From: Felis catus
Lineage: Eukaryota
Assembly: GCF_018350175.1 (NCBI RefSeq)
Contig: NC_058368.1
Span: 53,260,001-53,324,000, forward strand
Reading direction: 5' to 3'
Length of the DNA stretch: 64,000 bases
A program made the translations under genes and the position numbers. Below the pieces are notes generated by a model that saw only the letters and a program-made list of their open reading frames with translations, was not told where the DNA came from and did no database searches. This document shows, piece by piece, positions 27,032-38,341 of this stretch. The stretch's first letter is position 1; each line of letters starts with the position of its first letter.

Positions 27032-27789
27032 ATGTATGAAAGTTTATTTTCATAAATTGATATTTATGGGAATTTTTCTCCCTACATATCAGGAAAGAGA
27101 GTAGATAGAGCAGAAAAGGATTATAAAAGAGATGGCAAGATATTTGTTGACTCACTGGCTTGAGAGGTTTAGGGCAATAAGTAAAAGGAGCTGTGTTCGA
27201 GAAAGAACAGATGCTACGCATTGTGTCCCAGGAACAAAGACTGATGGAGCTGGAGAGGGGTCAGTGGCTTCTTCAGACTGCAGTGCAGCACTGCCACCCT
27301 GAAGGTGTGGTGTGGGTAGGGGAGAGGCACTGTGAGGTCTGGGTGCACCCAGTAAAGCAGTGTTTTAACAGAGACCACTGTGATTGGCCATAGAGGCTGT
27401 GGTGAAGGGTCCAGTTGAATCTGGTGGGGAAGAATGTGAGGGGACTAGTTAAGGCAGATATTCAGGGAATGCTCAGGTGTAACTGGGAAAGAAGGTAAAG
27501 CAGAGGGGGCGCTATTCATGGTGGGGAGACCATGCAGCAAATGATATTCCCACCAGATGCAAAGAAAACTGAAGTCATCTAACGGAAACTCTGAGTTCTA
27601 CTACCAAACTTTCCCAGAACACGAAATTTTCTTCCCCTCCTTGCTGCCAGTTAAAATGGAGGACTTGTGTCTACTACTATCTAAGGACACTCTTTCTAAA
27701 TGTGCTTTGGATCTTTTCTTATCCTATGTTTTTAAACTACCATTATTGTTCATTCTATCTTATTAGAACTCCTTTCTGTAAAGATCTTA

Positions 27790-28002
27790 AAAGTGTTTTT
27801 TGTCTTGTTTTTGTTTGTTTGTTTGTTTGTTTGTTTTTTGAGAGACAGAGGAAGCATGAGCAGGGGAGGGGCAGAGAGGAGGGAGAGAGAGAGAGGATCC
27901 CAAGCAGGCTCCACACTGGCTCGAACTCACGACTCATGAGATCATGACCTGAGCCAAAACCAAGAGTCGAATGCTTAACCTACTGAGTCACCCAGGCGCC
28001 CC
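27790..28002 (-). mobile_element. CAN-SINE with (TTTG)n tail
   Basis: TSD TCTGTAAAGAT (27775-27785, 28003-28013). Confidence 0.9.
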
Positions 28003-28200
28003 TCTGTAAAGATTTGAACATGATTGTCTGGCCTTCTATTATCCTACCTGCCTTGCAAACTACTAATCTCTCTCTCTTCCACCTTTAAAACTCTTCTAAA
28101 AAAACCTACCTGTACTCTGTTTCTATATCCTTATCTTCCTTTTACTCTTTAGCCTATTCATTTTGGCTCCCATATCTGTCATTAAAAAGCAAATAAGCAA

Positions 28201-28395
28201 GGGGCACCTGGGTGGCTCAGTCAGTTAAGTGTCTGACTTCGGCTCAGGTCATGGTCTCCCAGCTCGTGAATTCGAGCCCCATGTCGGGCTCTGTGCTGAC
28301 AGCTCAGAGCCTGGAGCCTGCTTCGGATTCTGTGTCTCCTTCCCTCTCTCTGTCCCTCCCCCACTCACGCTCTCAAAAATAAACATTAAAAAATA
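28201..28395 (+). mobile_element. CAN-SINE
   Basis: GGGGCACCTGGGTGGCTCAG head and A-tail. Confidence 0.92.
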
Positions 28396-29424
28396 ATCAA
28401 AACAGAAACATTCCAGAGTCATTAATGACTTCCTTATCCTAAAAATCCAATGGACATTTTTCATATTTCATCTTACTTTGCCTTGTAACATTTGACACTT
28501 TTATCACTCCCTCCTCCCTAAAACAAATTTTTGTTGTTGTTTTGGCCCCTATTTGTAATTACCATCCTGGTTTTCTTCCCACCTCTTTGGCTGTCCTAAT
28601 TCTTTGCAGAATCTGCCTATATCACAGAAGTTCTTCATTCTATATGTGATCTCTAGGAATCTCAATCTTATAGATTAAGATTTCTATGCTAAATAATTCT
28701 CAAATTGTGTATCTCTGCATTGCAGTCACACTGGGCTTCTTTCTGTTCTTCAAATATACCATACTTGGTCCCTGTATAGTATTTTTGTACAAAATTGTTC
28801 ATTCTTTAAGAATATGCTCCCCCTCTATTAAGCTCCTACTCAGCTTTCAGATCTCAACTAAAAGATCACTTTTTGTGGGAAGACTTTCCTGACATCAAAG
28901 GTCAGGTTCATTCACTTTATACTCCATAAAACTCTGCTTCTTTCCTTCAGAGAATTGAATTTATAATTTTGCTTTTGTTCTATGTTTCTTTTCTCTTTTG
29001 AATGATTTCAACGTGCTCCCTGCCCCCCCCCCCCACAACCCCTGAATTATGGTAAAGGGCAGGAAAAGCAAGGTAAGTATCAGTTGTTTTCATCTTCACC
29101 CACCTTTGCATAGGCGAGCTCTGCCCTTCCTCAGTATGAAGTCTCTTTTAGGCAGCAGTGCTGACTGGAAGAATAAAAGGTCAACATGTATGTAGAACTA
29201 CTTCATTTACTGCCACTGGTTGTAGTGTAACCAGTGGGAGAAGTAAATCTGCAGTACTTCCAGAAATTCTCAAGCATGCAAACTCAATTGACTCTTCTTA
29301 CAAATATACCTCAAATACTTGCTCTCCGGACCTTATTCTTTATGAGGAACACACATCTTTCCATGACATTTCCCCAGATTGTGCCCTAAAATGGAAGTAG
29401 ATGTTACTCTGCCTTTATGTTTTT

Positions 29425-31380
29425 CTCAAATTAAGCTTTTTGAGATAATTTAAATCCACATGCAGTTGCAAGAAATAAAGATCTCATGTATCCTTTACCA
29501 AATTTCCTCTCATGGTAATATCTTGCAAAACTATAGTATAAGATCACAACCAGCTTACTGACATTGGTAGTCAAGAGACAGAACATTTCCATTACCTTAA
29601 GGATCCCTCAGGTTGTCACACCCACCACCTCCATAATCCCCTGGCAACTACTATGTTCCCATCTTTATAATTATGTCATTTCAAGAATGTTATATAAATG
29701 GAACCACACACTATGTAACCTTTGGGGATTGGCTTCTTTTCATTCAGCATAGTCTTTGGAAATTCATCCAGGTGTGGCATGTATTAATATTTCTTTTTTT
29801 GCTGAGTAGTACTTCATGGAATGAATGTATCAGATTAATCACTCACTCATTGGAAGTCATATGGGTTGTTTCCTGGTTTTTATTACGAACAGTTATGTAC
29901 AGGTATTTGTGTGAAAAAAAAAAGTTAAATGCCCAGGCGTACAATTATTGGTGGATATGATAGCTGCAGTGTTTAGCTATTTAAGAAAACACTGTTTTCC
30001 AGACTGGCTATACAATTTAACGTTCCCACAAGCAATCTACGAGTGATCCAGTTTCTCTGCATCCTTGCCAGCATTTGGTTTTGTCACTATTTTTTCTTTG
30101 GCCATTCTGATAATAGGTAAGGATATCTCATTGTGGTTTTAATTTCCACTTCCCTAATGGCAGATGTCGAATATCTTTTCAGTGCTTGTCACCTGAACAT
30201 TACCTTCAGTAAAATGTTTGCCTTTTGCCCATGTTCTAGTTGGATTGTTTGCTTTTTATTGTTGAACTTTAAGAATTATATATTCTGGGGCACCTGTGTG
30301 GTGCAGTCGGTTGAGCATCTGACTCTTGGTTTCAGCTCAGGCCATGATCGTGAGTTCAAGCCCTGCATCAGGCTATGTGCTGACAATGTGGAGCATGCTT
30401 GGGATTCTCTCTCCCTCTCTTTGCTCCTCCCTTGCTCGCTCTCTCAAAGTAAACATGTATTAAAAAATAATTATATATTCTGTATCCAGTGCTGACACAT
30501 ACTAGATGTGGATTGTAAATAATTTCTCCCACTTTTGTAGCCTATGTTACTATCTATCCTCTTAACAGATTCTTTCACAGAGCAAGTTTTTAAATTTTGA
30601 TTAAGTCCAATTTATCATGCTGTTATGGATCATACTTTTGGTATCAAGTCTAAACTTTTGCCTAGTCCTAGATCCCAAAGAATTTCTCCTTTATCCTATT
30701 TCCTTCAAGTTCTGTAGTTTTACATTTAAGTCATTGATCCATTTAGAGTTAATTGTTGAATCCATTGAGTCTTAGGTCTGGGAACAGGGCATTTTGTTTT
30801 TTGCCAATGGTGATTGTTCCAGGATCATTTGAAAAGGTTTATTTTCTCCAATTGTTTTTACCTTGCCAAAAATCAGTTGGGCATATTCGCGTGCATCTTT
30901 ATGAGATCTGTGTTCTGTCTCCTTGATCCATGTGTTTATCCTTCCCATCAAGATCCATCCATCACAAACAGTCTCAATTACTGTAGCTGTAAGTCTTGGA
31001 ATTGGACTCCTTCCACATTGTCTTTTTCAAAATTATTGTATTCTAGTGCTTTTCCATATAAATTTTAGGAGAATCTTGTTACACACACACACACTTCTTG
31101 GGATTTTGATAAGCATTAAACCTGCATATGAATTTGGAGAATTGACACTTATTATGTTGGATTTCCCAATCCATGAAGCATCTCTCCGTTTACTGAGGTC
31201 TTCTTTATGGGCATTGTGTAGTTTTCAGCACACAAGCCCTGTCCACGGTTTGTTAGATTTACATTTAGGTATATCTTTTTTTTTTTTTTCCATGTATGGG
31301 TGTACCTACCATTGTGTATCTAATTTCACTCTCCCAAGTGCTCAATGTTAGTATATAAAAATACAATTTTTATGTTTATT
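29425..31380 (-). mobile_element. Old L1 (L1MC/MD-like) 3' end with ORF2 relic
   Basis: Antisense L1 phrases (gcatccttgccagcatttgg; cattgtggttttaattt); interrupted by a SINEC. Confidence 0.8.
30287..30468 (+). mobile_element. CAN-SINE nested in old L1
   Basis: TSD AATTATATATTCT (30274-30286, 30469-30481). Confidence 0.9.
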
Positions 31381-32446
31381 TGTAGGAAGCCATAGCTAGA
31401 ACTGAACATAGGAAGGCCTGAAGTGTTCACATTTTGGAAAATTCCCAGGCAAGAGCGGTCACAGGTAGGGCACAGAATACAGCCGTGGAAATCTTAGGAA
31501 ATTGAAGTTGGTTGGACATTACATCTGAATGGTTTGGCCTATGACTTCATGTGGGAATATAAATTGTGCTGAGGTGCTCTTGTGGCAGATTAAAAGGGTG
31601 TCTTTTTTGGTGGTGGTGGGATAACTTGGAACTCACTCAGGTTGCTATCATCACACCTATATTGAGTGCTTCCCATAAGGAATGGAAGAGGAACCCTGAA
31701 TTAATGTATTCTTGGATGCGTGTTAATGTAATTTTTATACATTTGATACTCAAAAAGTTTATCAGTTGTGGGGGGGACAAAAATAAAATGTATTACTTGC
31801 TTATAGGATGCTTTCCTTCCATTAGAACTTTAGCAAATTCAAGATTAAATCTGGTCTTCCCATCTTCAGCACCTTAGAAGGCTCTGTTCTTTTGTGAGTA
31901 CCGCCAATTTGAGGAGTCTCTATTTTTCAATGGAAATCTTGATAAAACAAAATTTAAAAACCCACTCGAGGTTAATCAAAGAACGGTTGGTTATGATTCT
32001 ATTTCATTTTTAATATATGTAGTTTTCATCCATTTAGTATTTACAAATATGACATATGTGAGGGCTGTCATGGCTAACAATCAGATCAGTACTCAAAGAA
32101 TATTTTTGTTAAAAGTTACCTGTTTGGGTGCTTAAATTCTTACCTCATTCAGACATGACAATTGCTAAGTGCCAGAGATCTTCTTTTCTATCATTTCTTT
32201 AATTTCTGTTAACTCTGAATATTAACTTGATAAAAAAAATGTGAAATTGACCTATCACCTACTAGACTTGTAACACAAAAATACTACTACATTAAACTTA
32301 GTACCAATATGACTGCTAACCATTTCTACTCCAAAATCTCAGACCTCTACAATTTCTATTTCTTCCTAACACCAATTTCTAAAAAAAATAAAGGGGGGGG
32401 GATGGTCATGTCCCTAAAATATTTTATTTAAATAAGACCCTTGGTT

Positions 32447-32667
32447 GGGGCGCCTGGGTAGCTCAGTCGGCTAAGCGTCTGACTTCAGCCAGGTCACGAT
32501 CTCGCGGTCCGTGAGTTCGAGCCCCGCGTGGGGCTCTGGGCTGATGGCTCAGAGCCTGGAGCCTGTTTCCGATTCTGTGTCTCCCTCTCTCTCTGCCCCT
32601 CCCCCGTTCATGTTCTGTCTCTCTCTGTCTCAAAAATAAATAAATGTTAAAAAAAAATTAAAAAAAA
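32447..32667 (+). mobile_element. Feline CAN-SINE, young
   Basis: Near-identical to the 20843 copy; TSD AAATAAGACC(C/T)TTGG. Confidence 0.95.
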
Positions 32668-35089
32668 AAATAAGACCTTTGGAATAAGTAACATTTCAAC
32701 ATTAAAAATGTTCCAAAATGTGGAAGACTTTAAAGGCTTACTTTGCAATTTGCACTCTATCCTCCTTGAAGTCAGAAGTCTTTTCATTAATTCCACATCC
32801 TAAATTCAAAATCTTCAAAATACATTGCATACTGTATTTTAAATAATCAGAATCATGATTCTCTTTAGCACTGAATACAAAGTGCATTCTTGTACACTTC
32901 ATAACACATTTTAGGTTTTAAAAAAAAGTGGATCAAATACTGGCGAGAGAACTCTGCCACATTCCAAACCCTCAAATACTAGAATTTAATGTCATAGGAT
33001 ACAGCATATTAAATATTAGATAAAACATCATTACATAAATAGCTCAGGAAAATGTTCATGGTTTGCAAGGACTTTTATTTTTCTCAAGACTCTGGATTAT
33101 CTTTTCAAAAAGGTTTTTTGTTTTTTTGTTTTTTGTTTTTTTGGCTTAGTACATAGAAATAAAATACATATGGAACCCATCCTCCCACTTCTTTATAATT
33201 TTCTTTCAGCCTATTTCATGCTTTATGTTTCAGAAACAAATGTTCATGAGTTTCATGGGGAAAATTGTTTTTTTCTGGAGAAAAGGAATTTAGAGAGATA
33301 AAAAATATGGGGAGTTTATTGTTGCTATAAATTACATGGTCTTCGTGTATTCTAGTGGATGTGGTATTGAGAAATGGAAATTCCAGTCCTGATTCTGCCA
33401 TTCTTAAAATCTTATTTAGTAAAGATTATCATTCTACCTTTCAAAAGACTAGTTACAAGACTGCAAAAGTTCTTAAAAATTTATAAAATGCCGTAACAAA
33501 ATTATAAAAATCTGTATTTCCAAGGAAAAAAAATTTGCTATGGTATACAAAATCTTGGCAATGACATATTGTAGAAAATACTAATAATAGTGTCATCGAA
33601 TGCATCCGAGCTGAACTACTGTATCAGGCATAATTTGGTTCCTGCTAAAACATGAATATAAATTCAACAAATTTTAACACGTGCAAAGAACTGAATTTAC
33701 AGAGTTCTCCAAAGCTAGAATACTAAAGAATCTAGGCGTTTACACATTATGTCCTTTGTAAAAGATCAACTGACAAAGTCTCACGAGTTTTAAAAACAAG
33801 TATACTTTGGCCCAAAAGTTTTGAGAATTCATCTTGAAGGAATAATCAAAGATGTTCAAGGATACAGTATCATTTATGTTAAAATAAAAAATGAAAAGGC
33901 CTTACATGCCTAAAATGAGGATTGACTCAATACATTGGGCTTTATCTACAATCTGGAAGGGCTTTAAAAATGGTATAAACCTAGTATCATAAATGAAAAA
34001 AGACTACAAAACAGTATACATTATATAACCCCATTTTTAAATGCTCTGTGATCACTTATAAATAACAGGCTTTCAATCATCCTTTTTAATTTCTAGCTTT
34101 CCTACATAACAGGTATGACATGTGATTTAAAAAAAATTTTAAAGACCAAATTCATATTTCATGCAGAAATATTTTTTCAGGTTAAGTGAAGGCTGACAAC
34201 ACACTCAATCTGCAAATATTCCACAGGGGCTGTATATGTAAAGTATATATTACATAAAGTATGTTTTAAGAACAATTTTACTAAGTACATCATTATTTAT
34301 TAACCAAAGTCCTCTACTATTTCAAGCCAGAGTCCTCTACTATTGCATAACCAGATTTCTTTAACTAGATTTTTATCGAGACTTATACACTTTGAGATTG
34401 ATAATGTATTTTCTTGTAGAAGCAGTGTCACAAGTGGAAGACAGATGATTACCAAGCTTATTTAACCCACGTTATAGGTGATAGAAGGTATTATCTGCAA
34501 TGAACACAAAAGAATATGGCAATATTTATCACTCAATGCAATTAAATATGAAATGAGCATGCTGAATGCTGGAAAAGCAGGTCAAATCAGACCAGGAGAA
34601 TAAATGTTGAGATGAAAACTGAACATTATGGAGGGACGTTCCAAAAAGTTTCAATGGCTTTAGAGGCTGACAGTATAAGCACTTTACATCTAGTTTCACT
34701 TCAGAATATATGGCAGTCTTTCTTTGACATCACAATAGTACTCTACCGTTATTACTCATGATAATGATAAGGAGAAGCACCGTGGCCTTCAAACAGAATA
34801 GAGATCAATTCTAGCAGAAAAGAGGCAGGAATTGGAAAAAGGGTATGGAGGGTTTGTAGATGTGTGAGAAAAGGAGTCATCAGGCCAACAACACACAGGT
34901 ACCAAAGGTGACTTAGAACAATTTAAAGTGGGAATGGAGGGTAGAGAGGGGAAGAGGCAACCTGGAGCCATTTGTATAGATACATAAACATTTTCAGAAT
35001 TCTCAATTGTACAATGCCTGAGGGCTGCAAATTTTTCTTTCTACTAGGTCATATAACTGATGCAAGATGCAGGACAATTTTAAAAAGTT

Positions 35090-35310
35090 AACAACTGTTT
35101 TTAGTAAGACTATTTTATTTAAAAATTTTCAAAATATAAAAATAATAAACATTATGGATATTTAACAAACAAAACAACATAATTCAACTATAAATAATAA
35201 AAATGTTGACAACCCCACATAAACATGTAACACTATAAACATTCTAAGCATACAAGAGTAGTTTTCTAGTTCAAGTTTTACCTTTTTCAGTTCAAGTTTT
35301 ATTATCATTT
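35090..35310 (-). terminator. Candidate distal polyadenylation region of RBM26
   Basis: AATAAA at 35303-35298 and 35119-35114 with U/GU-rich context, near the end of a repeat-poor tract. Confidence 0.55.
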
Positions 35311-38300
35311 TGAAAAATAAACAAAAAAAAGCTGCTACAGCTTAACCAATTACTTTCGCTCCACTCAAAGAGCAGGGAATTTTTTCCCCATGCCAACACA
35401 CATTCGTGAAATGGGATACTTATGGGCACAGGTATTAAAAACTGGAACAACCCAGTCTCCAGACAAGAAAAGACTCCTTTGGTGTTTTTAGGTTCAACAA
35501 TCCACAGAACTTGAGTACAACTAAACCACTTATTAAAGGAAATCTTGTGCCAGATAACATGTTCTGAAGTAATAACACACCCAAAACAGGTTCAGGATTC
35601 TGAGAATCAAAAGTAAGTATCTATGAATGCTTTGCTGATACTTAAAAATTGTATCTTTAGAACATTCACTAAGGTGCTGGAATGAGTCTTATAGATGTAG
35701 AAAACAATCTACACAACCAACGCAAAACTTGTACAATGTAAATAATACATCTCTTTTCAACTCATCAAATGTTCTATAAATATTTAAGAATTACCCTGCC
35801 TCCTGTTCAGCAAAGATAGATGGGAATTTGAAGCAGAGCAGGATTACACCATATTTAGGATTAGAAAAATTTTCCATGTGAAATATGGGAAAACTGAGCC
35901 ATGCTGAATGTATTGTTGTTTTTATTCTAGCCAGATTAAATTCCTCTTATCAAAAGAGCTAATGACAAACTGAAGAGACTATTTTCTTTTTTGGAAGCTG
36001 GGCACAAATAAGCATACTGTCATTCTGTATCGTATCTTTAAATTATGGGGTGTTTCTAATGGACTGGGCTCTTTTCCTGACTCACCACAGACCACTTTTA
36101 TAATTATGCTGCTAGATTAGAGTAAGTCACAAGTGATCATACATTAAAGCCTAGCGAAGTCTAGATAACAGGTTCAAAAATGATATTGAAAGGTTTTGTA
36201 GCACCAATAACTTTTTCCTAAGACACTTGAGGGGCTGCATCAAAGTATTATTTATCTTGTAAACAAGATCAAAAAATATTCAGTTGATCTGTATTTTGAG
36301 CATAAATATTTATAAACTCTATTTAAAAAAAACAAATATAGCATGACTAGAGCCGCTAATAGTGTAAAATCTAAGAATATTGAAAAATATAAAGATATAT
36401 AAAAGGCTTCCATAATGCAATCATGCAGAGGTAAACTGCTTCAATCAATACACAAAAGTGATTCTGTACAGTTATCTACACATAGCTCCATGAGAATCCT
36501 ATTTAGGAAAATGAAATAATGAAAATCCTCATCTTTAATTAATCAACATATAAGAATTTAAATATGTAATGACCTATTGGCTCTCACAGAAATTTTCAAA
36601 AAGCACAATGATCTTAATGAGAATCAAATCATCTCCATTTCTGATTCCCAATGGCATATTCAATTTTGTTTTGCTTTATTTTGTTTTTAATTTAAAAGCA
36701 AGGGAAAGAAAAAAGAAAGATGACAAAGTAAAGTTGAGGGGGCTGGTATGTGGTCCACATCTAAAAACCAACTGAAACTGTCAACAAGTATGGTCTCTTC
36801 AGACTATGTTCTTTGGGCTTCTAACCTAGCAAGTAAATCACTATCACAGGGGAAGAGAATTTTCTTTCCTTAAAAAGAAAAAATACTGAACTAATCTGGG
36901 AAAATATCTCTGAACTCCTTGTGGCTATATGCTAGTTTGCAAATGTGAACTAAAACAAAAGTCTAATTTTAAAAATGCCCTGCAGGCTACCAAGTCATAA
37001 TTATATTAGAAGACTTTCTGAAACATGTACTTTTCCCTTAAATCAAGCCTAATATTCAGGAAGCTGTTGTCAACTAATGTGGATCAAAATAGATAATTTA
37101 CATTATGATTGATGTGTTCATTCTTTTTATTTTTCACGAAGACAAATGCATTGAATACTCAAAAAGAAGTGTTTGCAGAATAGTCAACTTGGCACAAAAA
37201 ATATGAAAATATGAGCACGGCTGAATGAAACTAAAAAAAAAAAACAAGGGCAAATAGAATCAAGTGTAATTTCCACTTTTCTAATAAAGAGCTGCTGCTA
37301 AGAACAACTTCCAAACTTCTCAAATGCCTCATGAGAATCTATGAAGAAATACTCAGAAATTAATTTTCTGAAAACTTCTTTATATGGTGCCCATTACAAA
37401 AAATGGTATTTTGGGTGAATATTTAGGATAAGATTTAATCATACTCTTTATAAATAATTTTAAGCCACACTGCTTATAAATAAATATGGACATACACCTT
37501 TTAAGACAGGAAAACTATAATCTTTAACAATGTTAGACACACAACACAATTTCCCCTTGCTTTTAAGATTGTCTTTGATGTCTTGATTGCAAGTGAGGAA
37601 AATATGGACAAACTGTGTAAACCAGACATTTAATAGAAATTTCTCAATATTTATAATCCACAGATCATCCTGTATTACTTGAAAAGAAAGAAAATTATTC
37701 TCCTTGTTGGTTTTGAAGAGCTAAGAAATTTTTTAAAAATATTATTTGGGTAAGTGGCCTTGGCAACAACCTCAGTAAGTGTATTTAGAAGAAATAGGCA
37801 AGTTATTATAGTGTATAAAAAAGTATTTTAGCATCTGTTCAAAGTCATTTAAGTGACTACCTTAACCCCAGAAATGTATCCTAAAACCCAGAAAAATTAA
37901 AACCAAACCCATGCTTAACTTTTTAATCATTTTCTTCATTCTAAATTGTTCATGCTAATGAACACAATATCATGGCTTTATAGATTTCTTAGACACAATT
38001 TTCAACGTGGCTGAGACTGAACTTATCTCATATTAGGAAACCAAAAGGTCTTTTTCCTTCTTAGTGTTTAAAAAATAAGTGGATATAAAGTAAGGGGAGA
38101 AGACGTTTAAGAATAAGGTCAGACAAAGCACACACTCAGACATACTTCTGGACTCGGATGTACCAATTAGAGAACTGTGAAGAGACAAAATGCCAATTAT
38201 AGTACATGTAAACATCTATTCAAATTGATAAAGAGCAAACATAAAATGATAGGATGATATTTTAACAGTCGTCTCCAGACAGGAACAGGTCTTGCTGTTG

Positions 38301-38317
38301 TAGTCACAAAGCTAAAT

Positions 38318-38341
38318 TCAGGCAATGATGATCTCTCTCTG
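38318..38341 (-). CDS. RBM26: Candidate alternative last coding exon of RBM26 (QREIIIA*, or REIIIA* via tandem acceptor)
   Basis: Strong acceptor ttttaatagtcttctctttttcCAG|CAG, read in phase 0 from the 45710 donor. Inferred from sequence only. Confidence 0.55.
   Translation of the reverse strand, partial: QREIIIA

Larger units (their letters stand above)
26080..28980 (+). mobile_element. Fragmented L2 region interrupted by three SINECs
   Basis: L2-like phrases (ctcaacatgtc; aaaatccaatggacatttt). Confidence 0.5.

Noticed and set aside
27497..27515. AGGGGGCGCTA CTCF-like half-site (similar weak match near 5967)
   Set aside because: The 5' half of the motif does not match.
29564..31351. Cluster of 60-140 aa ORFs
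   Set aside because: Antisense frames of a degraded L1 with no intact ORF2.
34304..34345. Two copies of CCARAGTCCTCTACTATT at a 23-bp period (similar short duplications near 17377 and 49772)
   Set aside because: Only two units each; ordinary slippage duplications.
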